From NCBI GenBank assembly GCA_964410055.1, contig CAYPGK010000002.1, positions 1,642 through 65,641 of the forward strand: 64,000 nucleotides of DNA, in the 5' to 3' direction. Below the pieces are notes generated by a model that made no database searches, was not told where the DNA came from, and was given only the letters and a program-made list of their open reading frames with translations. Position numbers and translations under genes: made by a program. The first letter of the stretch is position 1, and each line of letters starts with the position of its first letter. The stretch is from an uncultured Gemmatimonadaceae bacterium. GTDB lineage: Bacteria; Gemmatimonadota; Gemmatimonadetes; Longimicrobiales; RSA9. Shown in pieces: positions 42,728-51,599 of the stretch.

Positions 42728-43396
42728 CTACGACTTCCGATCCTCGGGCCGCGCCAGCGCGCCCGTCGACACCAGACCGCTCACCCGGTTCTGCGCCGTC
42801 GAGTTCCCGAACGGAAGCGCCAGCTCCTCGATCGCCTCCGGCGGCAGGTTCGGACGACCGACCTTCGACGGGTCCTCCTCGCGCAGCGACTTCCGCGTCA
42901 GAGACTCGCCCTTGATCTTCTCGTGCAGCATCAGGATCGCGTAGATCAGCCCCTCCGGACGCGGCGGGCACCCCGGCACGTACACGTCCACAGGGATGAT
43001 CGTGTCGATCCCCTGCACCATCGAGTACACGTCGAACACACCGCCGCTCGACGCGCACGCCCCCATCGAAATCGCCCACTTCGGCTGCGGCATCTGGTCC
43101 CACACCCGCCGCAGCACCGGCGCCATCTTGTACGTCACGCGGCCCGCGCAAATCAGGACGTCCGCCTGACGCGGCGACCACGCCTGACGCTCCATCCCGA
43201 ACCGCGCAATGTCATTGTGCGACGCCGCCGTCGCCATGAACTCGATCGCGCAACACGCCGTCCCGAACGGCAATGGCCACAGGGAGCCGTAACGCGCCCA
43301 GTTCACGAGCTCGTCCAGCTTGCCTAGAAGAAAGCCCGGGCTCCCGTCCTTCTCGTGCCCGAGCACCGGCAGTTCACTGCGCGCCTCTACTCCCAT
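42728..43396 (-). CDS. nuoB: NADH-quinone oxidoreductase subunit B (with a ~60-aa C-terminal extension)
   Basis: The inner ATG (43394-43396, 10-nt overlap with nuoA) gives MGVEARSEL... Also present: [19 protein letters not shown] and VPGCPPRPE. Confidence 0.9.
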   Translation of the reverse strand: MGVEARSELPVLGHEKDGSPGFLLGKLDELVNWARYGSLWPLPFGTACCAIEFMATAASHNDIARFGMERQAWSPRQADVLICAGRVTYKMAPVLRRVWDQMPQPKWAISMGACASSGGVFDVYSMVQGIDTIIPVDVYVPGCPPRPEGLIYAILMLHEKIKGESLTRKSLREEDPSKVGRPNLPPEAIEELALPFGNSTAQNRVSGLVSTGALARPEDRKS

Positions 43397-43743
43397 TCCA
43401 TCGCTCCCTTCTTCCACTCGTAGATCAACCCGACCGTGAGCACGATCAGGAAGATCAAAACCGCGACGAACGGAGCCCAACCCAGATCCCGCATCGCCAC
43501 GGCCCACGGAAGGAGAAATACTACCTCGATGTCGAAAACGATGAACAGGAGCGCAACCATATAGAACTTCACACTGAAGCGCTCCCGTGTGCTCCCGATC
43601 GGGACCATCCCCGACTCGTACGGGATGTCCTTGACCGGCGTGTGCCTCGGCGGATGCAATAGGTGCGAGGCTGCCACCATCCCGACGGCGTTCAGGATCG
43701 ACACGCCCAGGAGGATCAGGATCGGCGCGTAGGATTCGAGCAT
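43387..43743 (-). CDS. nuoA: NADH-quinone oxidoreductase subunit A
   Basis: 118-aa, 3-TM protein containing [36 protein letters not shown]. Confidence 0.92.
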   Translation of the reverse strand: MLESYAPILILLGVSILNAVGMVAASHLLHPPRHTPVKDIPYESGMVPIGSTRERFSVKFYMVALLFIVFDIEVVFLLPWAVAMRDLGWAPFVAVLIFLIVLTVGLIYEWKKGAMEWE

Positions 43744-43763
43744 CGAAAACTCCGCCCGGAGTT

Positions 43764-43779
43764 TGTGAAATGATTCACT
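43764..43779. promoter_or_regulatory. CRP/FNR-like inverted repeat TGTGA-N6-TCACT (core GTGAA-N4-TTCAC)
   Basis: The sequence TTTGTGAAATGATTCACTT lies in the nuoA/dcd divergent intergenic region, 21-36 nt upstream of the nuoA start codon. Confidence 0.35.
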
Positions 43780-43791
43780 TGCTTGGCCGAA

Positions 43792-43820
43792 AAACTACCG
43801 CGCCGCACCCCGGGTGTCAA
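43792..43820 (-). promoter_or_regulatory. Candidate sigma70-type promoter of the nuo operon
   Basis: The minus strand reads TTGACA-N17-TAGTTT. Confidence 0.4.
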
Positions 43821-43832
43821 GCGCGAGTCCGC

Positions 43833-43862
43833 TTGCACGGCCCGTCCGTGGCCGTCTATCTT
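43833..43862 (+). promoter_or_regulatory. Candidate sigma70-type promoter of dcd
   Basis: The plus strand reads TTGCAC-N18-TATCTT, about 48 nt upstream of the dcd ATG. Confidence 0.3.
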
Positions 43863-43909
43863 TCGGACATCTCGTGTCCCATTACACGGCTGACGGAGGC
43901 CCGTTCCAC

Positions 43910-44464
43910 ATGGCGATCAAGAGCGACCGCTGGATCCGACGGATGGCGGAAGAACACGGCATGATCGAGCCGTTCGAGGCGGGTCAGGTCCGGGATGGCG
44001 TGGTGAGCTACGGGCTGTCGTCCTACGGTTACGACATCCGCGTGGCGGACGAGTTCAAGGTGTTCACGGACGTGTTCAGCGTGGTGGTCGATCCGAAGAA
44101 TTTCGACCCGAAGTCGTTCGTGGACATCAAAGCCGACCACTGCATTATCCCGCCGAATTCGTTCGCGCTGGCGCGGACGATGGAGTATTTCCGGATCCCG
44201 AAGGACGTTCTGGTGGTGTGCCTCGGGAAGTCGACGTACGCGCGGTGCGGGATCATCGTGAACGTGACGCCGCTGGAGCCGGAGTGGGAGGGGTACCTGA
44301 CGCTGGAGATCTCGAATACGACTCCGTTGCCGGCCAAGATCTACGCCGAGGAAGGGATCGCGCAGCTCCTCTTTTTCCAGGGCGATGAGGTCCCCGAGAT
44401 CACGTACGCGATGCGCAACGGGAAGTACCAGGGCCAGGTCGGGGTGACGCTGCCGCGGCTCTGA
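43910..44464 (+). CDS. dcd: dCTP deaminase
   Basis: The inner ATG (43910-43912) gives [23 protein letters not shown]...SYGYDIRV...[30 protein letters not shown]. Confidence 0.92.
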   Translation: MAIKSDRWIRRMAEEHGMIEPFEAGQVRDGVVSYGLSSYGYDIRVADEFKVFTDVFSVVVDPKNFDPKSFVDIKADHCIIPPNSFALARTMEYFRIPKDVLVVCLGKSTYARCGIIVNVTPLEPEWEGYLTLEISNTTPLPAKIYAEEGIAQLLFFQGDEVPEITYAMRNGKYQGQVGVTLPRL

Positions 44465-44561
44465 TGCAGCGTCGCGTGGGTCCGATCGACTCGGCGCGGA
44501 GAGGCACGCCGGCGAGGGTTGCGCCGGCGCGAGTGCGACCCGTGCGATGTGCTCGGCAATC

Positions 44562-44849
44562 TCACGCCGAGCGGCGCCACATGGACCACGCGAGCCACGC
44601 GAAGGCCACGACCATGATGGCCCAGGTGACCCAGAGGATAATGAGACCAGCGGTCCCGACAGCCCTGCCGACGGTGGCGATGGCGCCGATCCCCCAGAGC
44701 ACCGGCATGAGGAGGATGAGGAAGGCCAGGACGCCGACGATGGTGAGGAGCGCGGCGCGGCCGCGTCCCGGCTCGTCCGGCGGCCGCTCGGGGACGGGCT
44801 GAGCGCCCCCTTCGAACTCCGGCTCTCGTTTCGGTCGTGGTGTGGCCAT
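44562..44849 (-). CDS. Small hypothetical membrane protein (95 aa, two predicted TM helices)
   Basis: The inner ATG gives MATPRPKREPEFEGGAQPVPERPPDEPGRGRAALLTIVGVLAFLILLMPVLWGIGAIATVG...WVTWAIMVVAFAWLAWSMWRRSA. The frame shows the strong NNC/NNG codon pattern. I recognise no homology. Confidence 0.5.
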   Translation of the reverse strand: MATPRPKREPEFEGGAQPVPERPPDEPGRGRAALLTIVGVLAFLILLMPVLWGIGAIATVGRAVGTAGLIILWVTWAIMVVAFAWLAWSMWRRSA

Positions 44850-44927
44850 CTCACCGCCCCCGAAGTGCTGGTCTGGAGTTGGCACGATGCAAAGGGTACA
44901 CCAGGAAGCGGGAAAGACGAACGCCCC

Positions 44928-44967
44928 CCGGAGGCCGTGGTCTCCGGGGGGCGTTCGCATCTGGACG
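44928..44967 (-). terminator. Terminator-like hairpin after sdhB
   Basis: 15-16 bp perfect stem GAACGCCCCCCGGAG/CTCCGGGGGGCGTTC with an 8-nt loop. The trailing T-run on the minus strand is short (GTCTTTCC). Confidence 0.5.
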
Positions 44968-45014
44968 CTGCGCGACTGGTCGCGGCGCTTCGCCCGACCT
45001 GGTGTCGCCGCCGG

Positions 45015-45740
45015 TCAGCTCGCGACTTCGCCCACTCCGGTCGTCTCGCCGTAGAGGATCGCCTGCTTGACCTCGCCGATGGCCCTGGTGACCTGGATCT
45101 CGCGGGGGCAAGCGACCGTGCAGTTGTAAATCGTGCGGCAGCGCCAGACGCCCGTCTTGCTGTTCAGGATGTCGAGGCGCTCCTGCCCGGCGCGGTCGCG
45201 CGAGTCGAAGATGAAGCGGTGCGCGTTCACGATCGCCGCCGGCCCGACGAAGTTGTCGTTCGCCCAGTAGGACGGGCAACCCGTCGTACAGGCGGCGCAG
45301 AGGATGCACTTGGTCGTGTCGTCGAAGCGCTCGCGCTCCTCGATCGACTGGATCCGCTCCCGGCCGTCCGGCGGCTCCTCATCGTTGATGAGGTACGGCA
45401 TGACCGAGCGGTACTGCGCGAAGAACGGCTCCATGTCGACGATCAGGTCCTTGACCACCGGAAGCCCGAGGATCGGCTCGAGGGTGACCTTCTCGCCCAC
45501 GTCGCGCATGAGCACCTTGCACGCCAGACCGTTCGTGCCGTTGATGCGCATGGCGTCCGAACCGCAGATGCCGTGGGCGCACGAGCGACGGTAGGTGAGG
45601 GTGCCGTCCTGGTACCACTTGATCTGGTTCAACCCGTCGAGCACCCGGTCGGTCGGCTCCAGTTCGACCTGGTACTCCTTGTAGTACGGCTTCTTGTCCT
45701 TCGTCGGGTCGAAGCGCTGGATGCGGAATGTCGCCTTCAT
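45015..45740 (-). CDS. sdhB: Succinate dehydrogenase iron-sulfur subunit
   Basis: Contains CAHGICGSDAMRING, CILCAACTTGCP and CRTIYNCTVACP. Confidence 0.93.
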   Translation of the reverse strand: MKATFRIQRFDPTKDKKPYYKEYQVELEPTDRVLDGLNQIKWYQDGTLTYRRSCAHGICGSDAMRINGTNGLACKVLMRDVGEKVTLEPILGLPVVKDLIVDMEPFFAQYRSVMPYLINDEEPPDGRERIQSIEERERFDDTTKCILCAACTTGCPSYWANDNFVGPAAIVNAHRFIFDSRDRAGQERLDILNSKTGVWRCRTIYNCTVACPREIQVTRAIGEVKQAILYGETTGVGEVAS

Positions 45741-45741
45741 G

Positions 45742-47478
45742 CTAGTACACGCGCTCCTTCGGCTCGAACTTGGTGATGATCACCGGCTTGTAGCGCAATT
45801 CGACGCCCCCGTCCTCGGTGCGGTAGGCGAGGGTGTGCTTGAGCCACTCCTCGTCGTTGCGGTTCGGGTAGTCCTCACGCGAGTGCGCGCCGCGGCTCTC
45901 GGTCCGGTTAAGCGCGCTCACGGCGGTGACCTCCGCCACGTCGAGCAGATTGCGGAGCTCCCACGCTTCGAGGACGTCCGTGTTGAACACCCGGCTCTGG
46001 TCCTGGACGCGGACGCGGGTGTAGCGCTCCTTCAGCTCCCGGACCTTCTCGACGGCGTGCTCCAGGCCCGCCTGCTCGCGGAAGACGCCGACTTGGTCCA
46101 TCATGACGTGCTGGAGTTCCTCGCGGATCCGGGCCGGCGACTCGTCGCCCTTGCCGGAGAAGAGGCGGTCGAAGGACTCGCGGGCATTCTCCATGGCATC
46201 CGCCGGGATCGGCGGCAGGTCGGCCTGCTTGCAGAACTCCGCCATGTGGCGCCCTGCCCTGCGGCCAAAGACGACGAGGTCGAGGAGCGAGTTGGTTCCG
46301 AGCCGGTTCGCCCCGTGCACGCTCACGCAGGCGCACTCGCCGGCGGCGTAGAGACCCGGTACGATCGTCTTCCAGTCGTCGATCACGACGCGGCCGTTCA
46401 CGTCGGTCGGGATCCCCCCCATCGCGTAGTGCGCCGTGGGCGCGACGGGGATCGGATCCACCGCCGGGTCGATCCCGAGGTACGTCCGACAGAAGTCCGT
46501 GATGTCCGGCAGCTTCGTCTCGACGACCTCACGGCCGAGGTGCGTCGCGTCGAGGTGGACCCACCGATTGCCACCGATGCCGCGCCCTTCACGGATCTCC
46601 ATGTAGATCGCGCGGGAGACGACGTCGCGGCTGGCCAGGTCCTTCATCGTCGGTGCGTAGCGCTCCATGAAGCGCTCGCCGTCGTTGTTGCGCAGCACGC
46701 CGCCTTCGCCACGCACGCCCTCCGTGATCAGGATCCCCAGCTTCGCGATCCCCGTCGGGTGGAACTGGAAGAACTCCATGTCCTCGAGCGGGACTCCGCG
46801 CCGGTACAGGATCGCCGGCCCGTCACCGGTGAAGGCGTGGGCGTTGGACGTGACCGCGAAGATGCGGCCGTGCCCGCCGGTGGAGAAGACTACGGCCTTC
46901 GCACGGAAGATGTGCAACTCACCCGTCTGCATCCGGTAGGCGACGACGCCCGCACAACGCCCCTCGCTCATGATCACGTCCACGACCTGGTACTCGTCGA
47001 AGAACGTGACGTCGTTCTTGATGCACTGCTGGTAGAGCGTCTGGAGGATCATGTGCCCGGTACGGTCGGCGGCGTAGCAGCTCCGCCGAACCGGGCCCTC
47101 GCCGAAGTGGTGCGAATGGCCTCCGAAACGACGCTGCGCGATGCGCCCGTCCTCCGTCCGCGAGAACGGGAGCCCCATGTGCTCCAGCTCGAGGATGACC
47201 TCGGGCGCATCGTTGCACATGATCTCGATCGCGTCCTGGTCGCCCAGGTAGTCGCTGCCCTTGACGGTGTCGAACGCGTGCCACTCGGGGTGGTCCTCCT
47301 CGAGGTTCCCCAGTGCGGCGCCGATCCCGCCCTGGGCTGCGCCCGTGTGGGAGCGAGACGGATACAGCTTCGTGAGTACCGCGGCCTTGGCGCCGCCACG
47401 GGTCAGGTGCAGCGCGGCCATCAGCCCCGCGCCGCCGCCGCCGACCACGATCGCGTCGAAGTTGTGTACGTGATTCAT
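45742..47478 (-). CDS. sdhA: Succinate dehydrogenase flavoprotein subunit
   Basis: The inner ATG (47476-47478) gives MNHVHNFDAIVVGGGGAGLMAAL...; the covalent-FAD His site is SRSHTGAAQGG. Confidence 0.95.
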   Translation of the reverse strand: MNHVHNFDAIVVGGGGAGLMAALHLTRGGAKAAVLTKLYPSRSHTGAAQGGIGAALGNLEEDHPEWHAFDTVKGSDYLGDQDAIEIMCNDAPEVILELEHMGLPFSRTEDGRIAQRRFGGHSHHFGEGPVRRSCYAADRTGHMILQTLYQQCIKNDVTFFDEYQVVDVIMSEGRCAGVVAYRMQTGELHIFRAKAVVFSTGGHGRIFAVTSNAHAFTGDGPAILYRRGVPLEDMEFFQFHPTGIAKLGILITEGVRGEGGVLRNNDGERFMERYAPTMKDLASRDVVSRAIYMEIREGRGIGGNRWVHLDATHLGREVVETKLPDITDFCRTYLGIDPAVDPIPVAPTAHYAMGGIPTDVNGRVVIDDWKTIVPGLYAAGECACVSVHGANRLGTNSLLDLVVFGRRAGRHMAEFCKQADLPPIPADAMENARESFDRLFSGKGDESPARIREELQHVMMDQVGVFREQAGLEHAVEKVRELKERYTRVRVQDQSRVFNTDVLEAWELRNLLDVAEVTAVSALNRTESRGAHSREDYPNRNDEEWLKHTLAYRTEDGGVELRYKPVIITKFEPKERVY

Positions 47479-47897
47479 GGCAGAGCCGCCTGCACGCTTT
47501 CCGGGGTGAACTGGAACGTCAGGATGATGTACGCGCCGAGCCCGAGCAGGGTCACGTACACCAGGAAAATGAACGACTTGACCGCAACCGCCCACCCCGG
47601 CTTGTGGACGTAGTCGTCGACGATGTAACGCAGTCCGTTGATGCCGTGCGTGAGGGCGAAGAGGAGCAGGAAGAAGTCGAATATCTTCCAGAGCGGGTTC
47701 GTCCACCGCTGGGCGACCAGGTCGTAGTCGATGTTGTCGACGCCGATCGCGAAGTGCATGTAGAAGAGGTGGAAGACCGCGATCACGAGAAGGACGAGCC
47801 CGGAGATCCGCATGAACAGCCACGAATAGAGCTCGAAGTTCCCGTGCGGTACCCGGCCACGCCGGTTCACGAACGCCCGGCTCAGATTCCCGTTCAT
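47475..47897 (-). CDS. sdhD: Succinate dehydrogenase hydrophobic membrane-anchor subunit (SdhD-type)
   Basis: 140-aa, 3-TM protein between sdhC and sdhA, with an ATGA overlap with sdhA. Confidence 0.8.
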   Translation of the reverse strand: MNGNLSRAFVNRRGRVPHGNFELYSWLFMRISGLVLLVIAVFHLFYMHFAIGVDNIDYDLVAQRWTNPLWKIFDFFLLLFALTHGINGLRYIVDDYVHKPGWAVAVKSFIFLVYVTLLGLGAYIILTFQFTPESVQAALP

Positions 47898-47898
47898 A

Positions 47899-48303
47899 TC
47901 AGTGCTCGAAGATCGGCAGCAGGAACTGGTACGCGCCCCACAGGAAGATCGGGAGGAAGATCGCGGCTTCGACCCAGATCAACTGACGCTCGTAGGGCCA
48001 GAGCTTCGGCCAGAAGTCCTGGATGATGATCCTGAACCCGTTCAGCGCGTGGAAGAGCACGCCGAACAGGAGGAAGACCGTCATGATGCGGCCCCACCAC
48101 GCGTGGTAGAGGACCAGGAGCGCATTGAAGATCTCCGGTCCGAAAGCCATCAGGAAGATGTCCACGATGTGGAGCGCGAGGAAGAGCAGGATCCCCAGCC
48201 CCGATGCGCGGTGCAGGAGCCACGCGAGCATCCCCTCGCGGCCGCGGTAGCGGAGCCCTTCCAGGATGGGCACGCCTCGCCGGTACACTGTTCTTGTCGC
48301 CAT
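47899..48303 (-). CDS. sdhC: Succinate dehydrogenase cytochrome b subunit (SdhC-type)
   Basis: The inner ATG (48301-48303) gives MATRTVYRRGVPILEGLRYRGREGMLAWLLHRASGLGILLFLALHI... Confidence 0.8.
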   Translation of the reverse strand: MATRTVYRRGVPILEGLRYRGREGMLAWLLHRASGLGILLFLALHIVDIFLMAFGPEIFNALLVLYHAWWGRIMTVFLLFGVLFHALNGFRIIIQDFWPKLWPYERQLIWVEAAIFLPIFLWGAYQFLLPIFEH

Positions 48304-48313
48304 TTGACGGTTG

Positions 48314-49237
48314 TTAGAGCAGGGCCATGGTCTGCCGGACCGCATTGGCGGACGACTCGAGCGCCGCCCGTTCCTCATCGGTCAGCTCGACCTCGATGAT
48401 CCCCTCCAGGCCGTTGCGGCCGAGCTTGCACGGCACGCCGAGGAAGAGGCCGCTCATGCCGAACTCGCCCTCGAGCCACGCCGCACAGGGGAGGATCCGC
48501 TTCTTGTCCTTGACGATCGCCTCGGCCATCTGCACCGCGGCAGCGGCGGGCGCGTAGTACGCGCTCCCCGTCTTGAGCAGACCGACGATCTCCGCGCCGC
48601 CGTGGCGGGTGCGCTCCACGAGCGCGTCGATCCGCTCACGCGGCAGGAGCTGCGTGAGGGGGATCCCGCTCACGGTCGTGTAGGAGATGAGCGGCACCAT
48701 CGTGTCGCCGTGGCCGCCCAGGACCAGCGCCTGGATGTCCTCGACGCTGACGTCGGCCTCGAGCGCGATGAAGGAGCGGTAGCGCGCCGTGTCGAGCACA
48801 CCGGCCATACCGATGACCCGCTCGCGCGGAAAGCCCGTCGTCTCCTTGCAGACGTAGGCCATGACGTCGAGCGGGTTGGAGACCATGATGACGATGGCGT
48901 CGGGCGACGTCTCCCGGATCTGCTCGGAGACCTGGCGCACGATCCCCGCGTTCGTCCGGAGCAGGTCCTCGCGGCTCATCCCCGGCTTGCGGGCGATCCC
49001 CGCCGTCACGATGAAGAGGTCCGAGCCGGCCGCCTCTTCGTAGCCGTTGCTGCCGATGACGCGGGTGTCGAACCCTTCGATCGGAGCCCACTCCCACTGG
49101 TCGAGCGCCTTCCCCTGAGGGATCCCTTCGGCGATGTCCACCATGACGACCTCGCGCGCGAGTTCCTTCTGCGCGAGGAGCTGCGCGGCAGTCGCACCCA
49201 CGTGGCCAGCGCCGACGACGGTGATTTTGTTGACCAT
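48314..49237 (-). CDS. mdh: Malate dehydrogenase (LDH-like family)
   Basis: Contains [23 protein letters not shown] and GGHGDTMVP. Confidence 0.9.
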   Translation of the reverse strand: MVNKITVVGAGHVGATAAQLLAQKELAREVVMVDIAEGIPQGKALDQWEWAPIEGFDTRVIGSNGYEEAAGSDLFIVTAGIARKPGMSREDLLRTNAGIVRQVSEQIRETSPDAIVIMVSNPLDVMAYVCKETTGFPRERVIGMAGVLDTARYRSFIALEADVSVEDIQALVLGGHGDTMVPLISYTTVSGIPLTQLLPRERIDALVERTRHGGAEIVGLLKTGSAYYAPAAAAVQMAEAIVKDKKRILPCAAWLEGEFGMSGLFLGVPCKLGRNGLEGIIEVELTDEERAALESSANAVRQTMALL

Positions 49238-49297
49238 GACTCTATTCCACACCACCCGGGGTGTTTACCGAAAATCGAAGAAACCGGTAGCGGGGCC

Positions 49298-49326
49298 AAA
49301 GTACGGGAGGGCTACGAAGCTGTCAA
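49298..49326 (-). promoter_or_regulatory. Candidate sigma70-type promoter of mdh-sdhCDAB
   Basis: The minus strand reads TTGACA-N17-TACTTT, about 60 nt upstream of the mdh ATG. Confidence 0.45.
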
Positions 49327-49335
49327 CGCGACGCG

Positions 49336-50349
49336 TCAGCCGCCGACCTGAGAGAGTGCGACGAGGCCGCCGGACCCAGCGGCCGTCCCCTGCATGAGAA
49401 GGTGCCTTTCGGGCTTGACCTCGAGGGTGTGCCGGATATGGGGCTCAAGCGGTTCTCCGCGGCGCAGGGGGCCGCGCAGGTCCGTCTGAAGCGAGCCAAA
49501 GAGGCACGGGCGGAGCTGCCCATCGGCCGTGAGCCGCATCCGGTTGCAGCGGTCGCAGTAGTTGTGGCTCATCGGCGTGATGACGCCGACCGTCCCGGCA
49601 GCGCCGGGCAGGCGGAAGTACCGGGCCGGCCCGTTGCCGACGGGGCCGTCGACGGGTTCGAGGTCGCCGATCGCGCGCACGCGGTCCAGGATCTCATACG
49701 CGGGGATGTACTCCTTCGCGGAAATGTCGAGGTTCGCGCCAACGGGCATGACCTCGATGAAGCGGACGTGCCAGGGACGCTCCAGGGTGATGCGCGCGAA
49801 GTCCTCGAGCTCGTCGTCGTTGCGCCCCCGCATGACCACGGTGTTGATCTTGATCGGCTCGAGACCAGCGCGCTCGGCAGCGGCGAGGCCTTCGAAGATG
49901 TCAGCGTGGACGCCCTGTCGGCGGGCGATCGCATCGATCCGTTCGGGGCGGAGCGAATCGAGCGACACATTGATTCGGCGCACCCCCGCGTCGCGGAGCT
50001 CCTCCGCGATGGGCCCCAGGAGCACACCATTCGTCGAGAGGGCGATGTCCTCGATCCCGGGGACCGCGGCGATCATCCGAATGAGCGCGGGCAGATCGCG
50101 CCGCACGAGCGGCTCCCCGCCCGTGATCCGCACGCGTCGCAGCCCCATCCGCGCCATCGTCCGGACGATCTCGGCGATCTCCTCGAAGCGGAGCACCTCG
50201 TCCCTGCGCAGCCACTGGAGCCCCTCGAGCGGCATGCAGTAGACGCAGCGAAGATTGCACTTGTCCGTGACCGAGATGCGCAGGTACTCGATGCGGCGGC
50301 CGAAGCGGTCACGCATTTCTCCTGCGCCGCCCTGCATACGCTCAGTCAC
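49336..50349 (-). CDS. moaA: GTP 3',8-cyclase (molybdenum cofactor biosynthesis protein A)
   Basis: Contains YLRISVTDKCNLRCVYCMP (CX3CX2C) and a C-terminal Cys cluster, NYCDRCNRMRLTADG. Confidence 0.92.
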   Translation of the reverse strand: MTERMQGGAGEMRDRFGRRIEYLRISVTDKCNLRCVYCMPLEGLQWLRRDEVLRFEEIAEIVRTMARMGLRRVRITGGEPLVRRDLPALIRMIAAVPGIEDIALSTNGVLLGPIAEELRDAGVRRINVSLDSLRPERIDAIARRQGVHADIFEGLAAAERAGLEPIKINTVVMRGRNDDELEDFARITLERPWHVRFIEVMPVGANLDISAKEYIPAYEILDRVRAIGDLEPVDGPVGNGPARYFRLPGAAGTVGVITPMSHNYCDRCNRMRLTADGQLRPCLFGSLQTDLRGPLRRGEPLEPHIRHTLEVKPERHLLMQGTAAGSGGLVALSQVGG

Positions 50350-50785
50350 CTGCCGCCTCCGGAACCGGCGGCACCTGTCCGTCGAGCCAGCGTGCGTCGC
50401 CTTCGATGTAGTGCTCTTCCTTCCAGACCGGCAGCCGCTTCTTGATCTCCTCGATCACGTACCGGCTCGCCTCGTACGCCTCCGCACGGTGCGGGCTCGA
50501 GACCGCGATCGCGACGCTCGCCTCACCGATCTGCAGCTCGCCGATCCGATGCGCCACCACGATGCGATCCGTCCCGAGGCGCGCCGCCGCCTCCGCCGCG
50601 ATCTCCCCCAGCACCTTCTCGGCCATAGGCACGTAGGCGTCGTAGCGCATCCCCGAGACTCGCCGGCCATCGTTGTGGTCCCGCACAATGCCGAGGAAGA
50701 GGAGCACCGCGCCGTCCTCCTCGGCGCCGACCATGTCGAGGATGGCGGTCGGATCGAGCGGCTCGGTCGTGACCCAGCTCTTCAA
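50342..50785 (-). CDS. moaE: Molybdopterin synthase catalytic subunit
   Basis: 147 aa and MoaE-like (LLFLGIVRDHNDGRRV..., EHYIEGDARWL). It lies between moaD and moaA. Confidence 0.85.
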   Translation of the reverse strand: MKSWVTTEPLDPTAILDMVGAEEDGAVLLFLGIVRDHNDGRRVSGMRYDAYVPMAEKVLGEIAAEAAARLGTDRIVVAHRIGELQIGEASVAIAVSSPHRAEAYEASRYVIEEIKKRLPVWKEEHYIEGDARWLDGQVPPVPEAAGD

Positions 50786-50788
50786 CGC

Positions 50789-51034
50789 TCACCCCCCGGC
50801 GACGGGCGGCAGGAGCGCCACCTCGTCGCCATCGGAAAGGACCGCGTCCAGCGCGGCGTAGACCTGGTTGACGGCCACGACCGGCGCCTCGGGCAAGCGC
50901 CCGAAACCGCCGCCGCGTGCGCGCAGCTCACGCACCAGAGAAGCGACCGTGGCGCCCCGCGGCAGATCCACATCCAGCTCGCCGGTCCCGGCGAGCTCAC
51001 GATACAACGCAAAGAAGAGAAGTCGGACCCTCAT
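50789..51034 (-). CDS. moaD: Molybdopterin synthase sulfur-carrier subunit
   Basis: MRVRLLFFALYRELAG...DGDEVALLPPVAGG, ending in the C-terminal Gly-Gly. Confidence 0.88.
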   Translation of the reverse strand: MRVRLLFFALYRELAGTGELDVDLPRGATVASLVRELRARGGGFGRLPEAPVVAVNQVYAALDAVLSDGDEVALLPPVAGG

Positions 51035-51097
51035 GTCACTTCAGGGCGGCCCCTCCCGACGAATGCGAGAATGCTCGATTGATTCGGTGAACCAGGG

Positions 51098-51126
51098 AAG
51101 CTAGGGGTGTACCGGCCGGGGATCAA
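51098..51126 (-). promoter_or_regulatory. Candidate sigma70-type promoter of moaDEA
   Basis: The minus strand reads TTGATC-N17-TAGCTT, about 65 nt upstream of the moaD ATG. Confidence 0.3.
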
Positions 51127-51195
51127 GGAGCGTGCCAGGCTCGGCGCGCGTGAATCGAGTGGAATCGGGGTGTGCGCGCGTACGCCGCTCACGCG

Positions 51196-51230
51196 GACGC
51201 CCCGCTCGCGGTCGTCACGAGCGGGGCGTC
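51196..51230 (-). terminator. Terminator-like hairpin after the HU/IHF gene
   Basis: 13-bp perfect stem GACGCCCCGCTCG/CGAGCGGGGCGTC with a 9-nt loop and no T-tract. Confidence 0.4.
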
Positions 51231-51255
51231 GCACGAGCCGATTGGCGTGGGACGA

Positions 51256-51540
51256 TCAGCCCCTCGAAACCTGCTGGCGCAGGTCCTTCGACGGCTTGAA
51301 GATCGGTACGACGCGCGCCGGCACCTCGACCGGGTCGCCCGTCCGCGGGTTGCGCGCCATACGAGACTTCCGCTTGCGCACCTTGAACGTGCCGAACCCG
51401 CGAATCTCGATGTTCTCGTGAGCCGAGAGCGCGTTCTTGATCGCGTTCAGGAGCCCGTCGACGACCAGGGCGCAGTCCTTCTTCGTGATCCCAGGGCCGA
51501 TGGCTTCGGCTACCTGCTCGACGAGGTCGGCTTTGGTCAT
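51256..51540 (-). CDS. HU/IHF-family DNA-binding protein
   Basis: MTKADLVEQVAEAI...IEIRGFGTFKVRKRKSRMARNPRTGDPVEVPAR. A GGAGGA SD lies upstream. Confidence 0.9.
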   Translation of the reverse strand: MTKADLVEQVAEAIGPGITKKDCALVVDGLLNAIKNALSAHENIEIRGFGTFKVRKRKSRMARNPRTGDPVEVPARVVPIFKPSKDLRQQVSRG

Positions 51541-51599
51541 GATTCCTCCGTACCGAAATACGTTACGTGAGAGTGCCGGGAGCCGCGCTCCCGCCGTTC

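Noticed and set aside
51035-51195. Possible Moco riboswitch in the moaD leader. The leader contains CGCCGAGCCTGGCAC, which is reminiscent of the conserved CCGAGCC I associate with the Moco RNA motif.
   Set aside because: I could not build the multi-stem Moco fold by hand. A good promoter-like element (TTGATC-N17-TAGCTT, 51098-51126) would place the transcription start downstream of that heptamer, leaving only a ~65-nt leader. A cmsearch with RF01055 would settle it.
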